From assembly GCF_000379025.1 (NCBI RefSeq), contig NZ_KB900617.1, positions 858,820 to 922,819 of the forward strand: 64,000 nt of DNA, in the 5' to 3' direction. A program made the translations under genes and the position numbers. Positions 57,472-64,000 of this stretch are shown one piece after another (the stretch's first letter is position 1; each line of letters opens with the position of its first letter). The notes under the pieces were generated by a model. That model saw only the letters and a list, made by a program, of their open reading frames with translations, was not told the DNA's origin and ran no database searches. Source of the DNA: Orenia marismortui DSM 5156. Lineage in GTDB: Bacteria > Bacillota > Halanaerobiia > Halobacteroidales > Halobacteroidaceae.

Positions 57472-57694
57472 CAGATTTCCTCCTCTATTAGTTACTTCCC
57501 TCTCCCACCCACTCACTTATTTAAGTGAGTTGAATAAAAAACTTAGCTTTAATAACCTTAACTTACTCTAAAAATTAGCAAAAGTAAGTCGTCTGACATC
57601 TTACAATATAAGTCTAATATAATTAAGCTAATTTGTCAAGAGCATAAAAAAAGACTTATTTATCAGCTGATAAATAAGTCTAAAATATATAGAT

Positions 57695-58369
57695 TTAATA
57701 ATCACTTGTAGCTGTCCCACCTGTAACAATAGCTATACCTGAACTAGCTCCAATTCTAGTAGCCCCTGCTTCAATCATCTTCATAGCATCTTCTTTACTT
57801 CTAACTCCACCAGAAGCCTTAACTCCCATCTTATCTCCAACAACTTCTCTCATTAATTTTATATCTTCAACTGTTGCTCCACCAGTTCCAAAACCTGTAG
57901 AAGTCTTAACAAAATCAGCCCCTGCTTCTTTTGAAACTTCACAAGCCTTCCTTTTTTCTTCATCTGTTAAGTAACAAGTTTCTATAATTACCTTAACTAT
58001 AGCTTTTCCTTTAGCAGAATGAACAACAGATTTAATATCATCTTTTACAATATCCCAAGCTCCCGACTTAATAGCACCAATATTAATAACCATATCGATT
58101 TCATCAGCACCATTTTTAATTGCATTCCTTGCCTCAAAAACTTTAGTTTCTGTTGTACTCTCTCCTAGTGGAAATCCAATTACTGTACATACCTTAACAT
58201 TACTACCTTCTAGTTCTTTGTTTACAACAGAAACAAAGGTAGGATTAACACACACAGAAGCAAATTCATATTCTAAAGCTTCTTGACACTTCAACTTAAT
58301 ATCCTTTTCCTGAGCATCCGCATTTAATATTGTATGGTCAATCATAGCTGCTAATTCTTTATTATCCAT
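57695..58369 (-). CDS. deoC: Deoxyribose-phosphate aldolase.
   Basis: Schiff-base lysine context '[10 protein letters not shown]' and a TIM-barrel DeoC sequence. Confidence 0.9.
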   Translation of the reverse strand: MDNKELAAMIDHTILNADAQEKDIKLKCQEALEYEFASVCVNPTFVSVVNKELEGSNVKVCTVIGFPLGESTTETKVFEARNAIKNGADEIDMVINIGAIKSGAWDIVKDDIKSVVHSAKGKAIVKVIIETCYLTDEEKRKACEVSKEAGADFVKTSTGFGTGGATVEDIKLMREVVGDKMGVKASGGVRSKEDAMKMIEAGATRIGASSGIAIVTGGTATSDY

Positions 58370-58508
58370 TTATTCTCCTCCTAGTTTTAAAGTTATATAT
58401 ATCCAAAACAATTGTATGACGTCTAACAATCTTATGATACCATAATGTAAATATCTTTTCAAGCCCTTACAAATCTTATCATATCCTAATTCACTATCTT
58501 AATTCTTC

Positions 58509-59369
58509 TTAACCGTCCCTAAATAAACTTTCATTAAAGCCTTCTCCTAATACCTCATGCACCTCAGTAATAATAACAAAAGCATCTTCATCAATATTAT
58601 GTACTAATCTCTTTAAATCAGATACTTCAGAACGATTAATAATACATAATAACACATCTTTATTATTATTGGTAAAACCACCTTTACCTTTTAAGATAGT
58701 AACTCCTCTATCCATACTATCCAAAATTTCTTTTCTAATATCTTCTGCATGATCTGAAATAATAAATGTTCCTTTAGAAATCTTTAATCCCTCTTGTACT
58801 AAATCAATTGTTTTACTAGCAATAACCAGCGAAATTAAGGCATAAAGTGCTAATTCAGCATTGAAGACTATTCCAGCCAAAGTAATTACACAAAAATCAA
58901 TAATCAACAAAGCCTTCCCAACACTAATCCCAGTAAATTTATTAATTAATTGTGCTACTAAATCAGTTCCTCCAGTAGTCCCCTTAGACCTAAAGACCAG
59001 ACCTAAGCCTAAACCTGTTATTCCACCACCATAAATAGAAGCTAATAACAGATCATGTGTCAAAACGCTTAAATAAGGAGTTAACAAATCTATCCCAAAA
59101 GATAAGACAATAATTCCATAAAAAGTTCTAATGCCAAATTTAGCCCCCATCTCTTTAACTCCTATTATAAAAAGAGGAATATTAATAGCCAAACTTAGCA
59201 TTCCTACTGGCAAATTGAATAAATAATAAATCACTGTAGCTAAACCACTTACTCCTCCGGCAGCAATCTTATTTGGAATTAAGAAAATAACTAAACCTAC
59301 TGCTGTCAAAAGTGAGCCAACTGTAATCCAAAAATAATCATAAATAACTTGTCTCTTCATTACCAACAC
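58509..59369 (-). CDS. YitT-family membrane protein (DUF161/DUF2179).
   Basis: Four to five TM helices plus the C-terminal DUF2179-like soluble domain. Confidence 0.7.
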   Translation of the reverse strand: MLVMKRQVIYDYFWITVGSLLTAVGLVIFLIPNKIAAGGVSGLATVIYYLFNLPVGMLSLAINIPLFIIGVKEMGAKFGIRTFYGIIVLSFGIDLLTPYLSVLTHDLLLASIYGGGITGLGLGLVFRSKGTTGGTDLVAQLINKFTGISVGKALLIIDFCVITLAGIVFNAELALYALISLVIASKTIDLVQEGLKISKGTFIISDHAEDIRKEILDSMDRGVTILKGKGGFTNNNKDVLLCIINRSEVSDLKRLVHNIDEDAFVIITEVHEVLGEGFNESLFRDG

Positions 59370-59406
59370 CCTTATTAAATTCTTATTTAATTCTACTCTA
59401 AAATAA

Positions 59407-60159
59407 CTATTTCAATTTATTTAACTTTCTTATCTTCTCCTGAACAATTCGGTAAATAAATTTAGGGATTGAAGACATTCTACCTAAACGTTCAGGTTCT
59501 TGAGCTAATCTATATAACCACTCTAAGTGAATCTTTTGCATTAGCTTAGGAGCCCTAGTCTTCTTTTCAGCCAAAATGTCAAAACTGCCACCAACTCCAA
59601 TTCCCACTGCTACATTTAATAAATCTAAATGTTTATTTAGCCATTTTTCTTGTAAAGGAACCCCCATACCTACTAACAAAATATCTACCCTATTCTGTCC
59701 TATTTCATCTAAAACTTTAGCCTCTAAGCTAGCATTTAAATAACCATGATGGGTTCTAATCTTTAAATTAGGATATTTTTCTTTAACCTTATTTTTAGCT
59801 TCTTCAGCTACACCTGGCTTGCCTCCTAAGAAATAAAAACTATAACCTTTCTGATTACCTCTAGCCAATAACTCTTCAACTACATCTACTCCTGCTACTC
59901 TCTCTTCTAAATTATACTTTAATAACTTAGAAGCTAAGACAACACCAGCACCATCAGGAATAGATAACTGGGCTGAATTTAGAATTTTTTTTAACTCTTT
60001 GTCCTGTTGAGCTCTAATAATCATTTCAGCATTGGGAGTAACCACCAAATTACTATCCTGATTCTGTATAAACTCTTCTATCTTATTTATTGCCTCTGAT
60101 TGGTTGACATGATCTATGAAAACCCCTAATATATTTATTCTTTCTCTCACCTCAATCAC
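59407..60159 (-). CDS. tagA: WecB/TagA/CpsF-family glycosyltransferase (N-acetylmannosaminyltransferase-like).
   Basis: Family-typical N-terminus '...ILGVFIDHVNQSEAINKIEEFI...'. Confidence 0.75.
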   Translation of the reverse strand: MIEVRERINILGVFIDHVNQSEAINKIEEFIQNQDSNLVVTPNAEMIIRAQQDKELKKILNSAQLSIPDGAGVVLASKLLKYNLEERVAGVDVVEELLARGNQKGYSFYFLGGKPGVAEEAKNKVKEKYPNLKIRTHHGYLNASLEAKVLDEIGQNRVDILLVGMGVPLQEKWLNKHLDLLNVAVGIGVGGSFDILAEKKTRAPKLMQKIHLEWLYRLAQEPERLGRMSSIPKFIYRIVQEKIRKLNKLK

Positions 60160-61237
60160 CTAGCAACCTTAAAGATAATTCTATATTTTGCTTAGCTAGT
60201 CCTTCTAAATTCTTAACTTTTTTATCTATTCTCTTTATTAAATCTTCTTTTTGCTCCCAAATCTCAACTATTTGCTTTAATAACTGTTGACTGTCTAATT
60301 TTTCTATAGTACCAATAGGTGACAAATCTAATTGATCTAGAAAGCTATCTATCTTAGGATCATAAGATATTCCTGCAATTGCTACCCGATTCAAACTAGC
60401 AAAGATCAATGAATGGAGCCTTACACCTAATAACATATCTACCTCTCCTATCAAAGATAATATTTCTTTGGGAGTATAACTGCCTTCAATTATTTCTACT
60501 TCCTCTTTCATCAAAGCTTCTACTTCCTTACTTACTTCTAAATCCTGTGGATAATGTAATGGTAAGAATAAAATCTTCACCCCCAAAACCTCTTTAACTT
60601 GATCTAACACTTTTGCTATTTCTTTTAAATAGTGATTATCCTGCCAGGGGCGTAAGGATACTCCTAACATACCCGTCCGACAACAAATACCTTCCTTTTT
60701 TAGGATTTCTTTTATTCTGCTTCTATTTGTTTTATTCAAAGTAAAAACAGGGTCTGCTGTTAAATAAATTTTCTTCTTCACCCCTATACTCTTCAGCAAA
60801 CTTTTAGAGTCTTTATCTCTAACTGTTATTAACTCTAACTTATTCAAGATCTTTTTAATCATTTTCCTATTAAAAGACTTTTTAATAGGGCCTACTCCTT
60901 GAGCACAGAAAAAGACTGGTACTTTTAATAGTTTTGCTATAACTATAACTCCCAAATAATAGGGAATACTCCGATTACTACTTACATCCTGTAATAAGCT
61001 ACCTCCACCACTAATTAATAGATCAGATTCTTTCAAATAAGAGATTAATCTCCTAATACCTACTCTATTAATAGAACTAACATTATAAGTATTTTCTGTC
61101 CATTCAGGATCAGCTGATAAAACTATAATCTCTATATCTTTGATAACTCTTTTTAAATTATCGATCAAGGCTGCTAAAATGGCTTCATCTCCTGCATTCT
61201 TAAATCCATAATAGCCAGATAAAATTATTCTTTTCAC
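60152..61237 (-). CDS. csaB: Polysaccharide pyruvyl transferase CsaB.
   Basis: 'MKRIILSGYYGFKNAGDEAIL' N-terminus typical of CsaB. Confidence 0.75.
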   Translation of the reverse strand: MKRIILSGYYGFKNAGDEAILAALIDNLKRVIKDIEIIVLSADPEWTENTYNVSSINRVGIRRLISYLKESDLLISGGGSLLQDVSSNRSIPYYLGVIVIAKLLKVPVFFCAQGVGPIKKSFNRKMIKKILNKLELITVRDKDSKSLLKSIGVKKKIYLTADPVFTLNKTNRSRIKEILKKEGICCRTGMLGVSLRPWQDNHYLKEIAKVLDQVKEVLGVKILFLPLHYPQDLEVSKEVEALMKEEVEIIEGSYTPKEILSLIGEVDMLLGVRLHSLIFASLNRVAIAGISYDPKIDSFLDQLDLSPIGTIEKLDSQQLLKQIVEIWEQKEDLIKRIDKKVKNLEGLAKQNIELSLRLLGD

Positions 61238-63090
61238 AATGGGTCACTTCCCCTTAGTCTATTATATCTATCAGATATACCATCAAAGATAATAATTAAT
61301 AATAAACCTATAGCAGAACCTAAAACTATACCTATTAAAACTCTTATAGTAGATATTAATAAAGGAGTATGGAGATGAGAAAATGTATTTATTATATTAA
61401 TCTGTCCAATTAATCCTAACAAATTAATCCATAGATACCCCCTCTTCTTATGAGATAAGTAAATTCCTAAGATTAATAAAGGATGTCCAAATAAAAAAGA
61501 CTTAAATCTAGGTCTAACTATCAAAATCTCTTCTAATAATTCTCTAAATTTTAATTCTAAATCACTAACTGGAATGATTGGATTATTACCTGTGCGACTA
61601 AGATAGATAATAGTAACAACTATAACTACGAGAATAATCACTATATCATATAAGAATAATGGCCTTTTTAATAACTTTATTACACTAGCTTTTAAATCTC
61701 TAAAATTATTATATTGATAATACAAATAATAAATAAAACTCAAAATAAAAGGTAAAATAAAAGATAGCTTAATACCTCTCAAATATCTCACTTTTAATAA
61801 ATATTCATTAGAGACTAGTAATGATAGCATTAATAAAACACCTATAATAGTTATAGAAGTTGACTTAAAAAACACTTTATAACTTTGTAAAATATCTCCG
61901 CTGTTATTAATTTTGTTAATTAAATACCTAAAACTTAGGACTGGAGAAATAATAGCAATTAGTAAAGCTATTATTTCTAAACTTAGATTAGGTTTTAATA
62001 AATAGAGTAACGATGCTATTGATATATCTACAATAAAACTTAAGTAAAACAACCTTATACTCCATAAACTTAAAATTAAAGAAATAATAGAAACAACCGA
62101 TATAACCACCAGAAACTTAGCTAACTTATTGGGCTTTAGCTTTTTAAATCCTTGTGCTGAACCCAATTGATATCCCTCTTCATTTAAATCTTTAACTAAT
62201 AGCTTAACAAACTCTAAGGTTTTATTCCTATCTGCAAAAGGTTTTAAATATAAATTTCTAACATTCCTCTCTTTTACCGCCCTAATATAACGATTAACTG
62301 TAGCTTCTATTCCTAATTTAGCTAACTCCGCTTGTTGTAAACTATGAACTCTAATCGCCTTTAGATCAATCATTTGAGCTAATTTATCTACACCTTGCTG
62401 CTTAGCAATAAAAGCTTCTATTATCCCCAATTTTATCTCTCTATCTTTTAATATTTCTGCTGTTTCTTTAATTTGATTAGGAAATCCTAATACACTTTCC
62501 CCATTAAAGATAATCTCCTTTACAGCAGGCAAGTTAGCTAATAACTCATCAAATTCTTCAATAGCAATATTATTTGAAATCCGAGGTATTAAATTAAAGC
62601 CTAAAGAATTTATAAGCTTAACCTCTGCTTCAGAAAAGTAAAATGGTTCTTCTAAACTTTCCTTATCAAAATCAGATAATATTAATACATCCTTTTGTGT
62701 AAGCACTTTATCTTCACCAAATCTACTAATTAAAACCTCTCTTAATTTATTTGAAAATTTATTACCACCACTAATATATAAATCTGAGTCATTAACCTTT
62801 TCAAGGTTAGGAAGAAAGTTAGCAAAGAAATTAAGTTCTCTTCCAAAATAATAGCTTATAGTATTATTACTACTTAAACTTTCTAAGCTCTGCTCATAAA
62901 TAGCTACTGAATTAACCCCTATTTTTTTTAGCTCTGTTAATATTTCAGTTTGCTGAAAATCTTTTAACAATTTATAATCTATTGTTAACTCTACAACTTT
63001 ATTACTCATCTCAACTTGATACCTATCAAAAATCAAATAAACCGAACTAATAAGCCCTAGAATAATAATTATAATCAATAATTTCCTCAT
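61234..63090 (-). CDS. Large polytopic membrane protein (618 aa), in an operon with csaB. It may be DUF5693-like.
   Basis: An N-terminal TM helix, an extracytoplasmic domain, and about 8 C-terminal TM helices. Confidence 0.5.
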   Translation of the reverse strand: MRKLLIIIIILGLISSVYLIFDRYQVEMSNKVVELTIDYKLLKDFQQTEILTELKKIGVNSVAIYEQSLESLSSNNTISYYFGRELNFFANFLPNLEKVNDSDLYISGGNKFSNKLREVLISRFGEDKVLTQKDVLILSDFDKESLEEPFYFSEAEVKLINSLGFNLIPRISNNIAIEEFDELLANLPAVKEIIFNGESVLGFPNQIKETAEILKDREIKLGIIEAFIAKQQGVDKLAQMIDLKAIRVHSLQQAELAKLGIEATVNRYIRAVKERNVRNLYLKPFADRNKTLEFVKLLVKDLNEEGYQLGSAQGFKKLKPNKLAKFLVVISVVSIISLILSLWSIRLFYLSFIVDISIASLLYLLKPNLSLEIIALLIAIISPVLSFRYLINKINNSGDILQSYKVFFKSTSITIIGVLLMLSLLVSNEYLLKVRYLRGIKLSFILPFILSFIYYLYYQYNNFRDLKASVIKLLKRPLFLYDIVIILVVIVVTIIYLSRTGNNPIIPVSDLELKFRELLEEILIVRPRFKSFLFGHPLLILGIYLSHKKRGYLWINLLGLIGQINIINTFSHLHTPLLISTIRVLIGIVLGSAIGLLLIIIFDGISDRYNRLRGSDPL

Positions 63091-63206
63091 GAAATTCCCC
63101 CACTAAGTTCCCATAAAGATTATTAAAAAATAAAAACTCATCCTTGTAATTAGGATGAGATTCTTCTAAGGCAATTATTCTATTATTCTTAGTATTTTAA
63201 AGCAAG

Positions 63207-63896
63207 CTATTGATTCTTACCTAGTATAGATAGTCTATCTTCTTCTAAGATAATCTGATTAATTTCTAAAGGAATAGGCAATTGAGAAAGATCGATCTCA
63301 AATTGTAATTTATCCTTTAACTGTTCTATTAAAGCTGTAGGAATTACAATATTTTCTAAAGCTAATTTATCAGAGCTAAATACTATAGTTTGAGGACCGG
63401 CTATGTTGAAATTACCAGATAATTGAATATTAACTTGTGCATTAAAAAAACTTATATCCCCAACTAACATTACTTTATTCTTTAATAGTTCAACTTTAAA
63501 GTTTTCAAATATATCTAATTCAGGTCTAGTATTTAAGTACTTATTTAATCCTTCTTCACTTAACTCTAAATCTAAATAATCATTTTTTCCTTTTATAACC
63601 TTCCATTTTCCTTCTACTTGCTTAAGCTTTAAGTCTTTAAAGCTACTATTCAATTTCGAAATAGGCAAAGAATCTACTACTAGACCCTCTCCTACCACAA
63701 TAAGTTCATCAACTCTTCCTATTAATAATTTTAATGCTGGAAAACTACTAAGCTCTAATGATAATTCAGCACTTTTATTTATCTCCTTATCTAAACTAGC
63801 TTTAATTCTTTTAGAAACTGCATTTGGTAATATCAATTGAGTAGAAATAAGCAAAAATAATATAAAAAAAATCAATCCTACCCTAAACTTTCTCAT
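63207..63896 (-). CDS. Hypothetical membrane-anchored protein (229 aa).
   Basis: One N-terminal TM helix. No family was recognised. Confidence 0.4.
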   Translation of the reverse strand: MRKFRVGLIFFILFLLISTQLILPNAVSKRIKASLDKEINKSAELSLELSSFPALKLLIGRVDELIVVGEGLVVDSLPISKLNSSFKDLKLKQVEGKWKVIKGKNDYLDLELSEEGLNKYLNTRPELDIFENFKVELLKNKVMLVGDISFFNAQVNIQLSGNFNIAGPQTIVFSSDKLALENIVIPTALIEQLKDKLQFEIDLSQLPIPLEINQIILEEDRLSILGKNQ

Positions 63897-64000
63897 ATCA
63901 TCACCTCATCTTTACCTAAATAATTTATCGGCTAACTCTAAGTATAGTAATGTCATCTAAAATATAATATTATGTATTATAAATCCATTTAAAGAATAAT

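Noticed and set aside
60409-60597. Plus-strand ORF inside csaB.
   Set aside because: Antisense shadow.

Overview
This is low-GC (about 30%) DNA whose proteins are unusually rich in acidic residues. It pairs Firmicute-type genes (a CotF-like coat protein, CsaB, TagA, YitT, DeoC, a TelA-like protein, flotillin/NfeD) with a complete TonB-dependent outer-membrane uptake locus. I therefore infer an anaerobic diderm Firmicute, probably Halanaerobiales-like; this is inference only. From left to right the window holds the following. (1) A GC-rich, ORF-free block at the left edge, followed on the minus strand by an [FeFe]-hydrogenase-like gene. (2) A minus-strand iron/siderophore-type uptake locus: exbB-exbD-tonB, then a TonB-dependent receptor, a binding protein, two FecCD permeases and an ATPase. 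(3) A MATE efflux gene, thrC and a transporter. (4) A 15-kb minus-strand block that I consider the most interesting part. Reading in the direction of transcription it contains a 1404-aa DUF2339-like modular membrane protein, a TelA-like gene plus a 268-aa membrane/coiled-coil protein, an NfeD-like gene, a 517-bp spacer carrying a MITE-like element, a 679-aa flotillin (SPFH) gene, and a 1628-aa coiled-coil AAA+ (AAA_5/MoxR-like) ATPase whose start overlaps the flotillin stop by 8 bp. I know of no described system with this architecture. (5) padR, a flavodoxin-SCP2-membrane fusion, an esterase and a ferredoxin-domain protein. (6) uvrB, followed downstream by three diverged relic copies of its own last ~20 codons plus terminator hairpin; the copies differ from the real uvrB tail almost entirely at synonymous sites. 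(7) ctpA, a YibQ-like deacetylase, cotF-like, two tandem ZIP transporters, a DtxR/MntR-family regulator, and feoA-feoB with feoB split by a frameshift. (8) Two diverged IS30-family copies in inverted orientation flanking nrdD-nrdG-pfkA. Here nrdD lacks its glycyl-radical C-terminus, and that domain is encoded instead by a separate 48-aa ORF downstream of nrdG. Two 7-bp microsatellites follow that ORF. (9) A second MITE-like copy with 21-bp terminal inverted repeats, then a nucleoside-catabolism cluster (nupC, xapX, deoC) and cell-wall genes (yitT, tagA, csaB). No rRNA, tRNA or CRISPR array was recognised.
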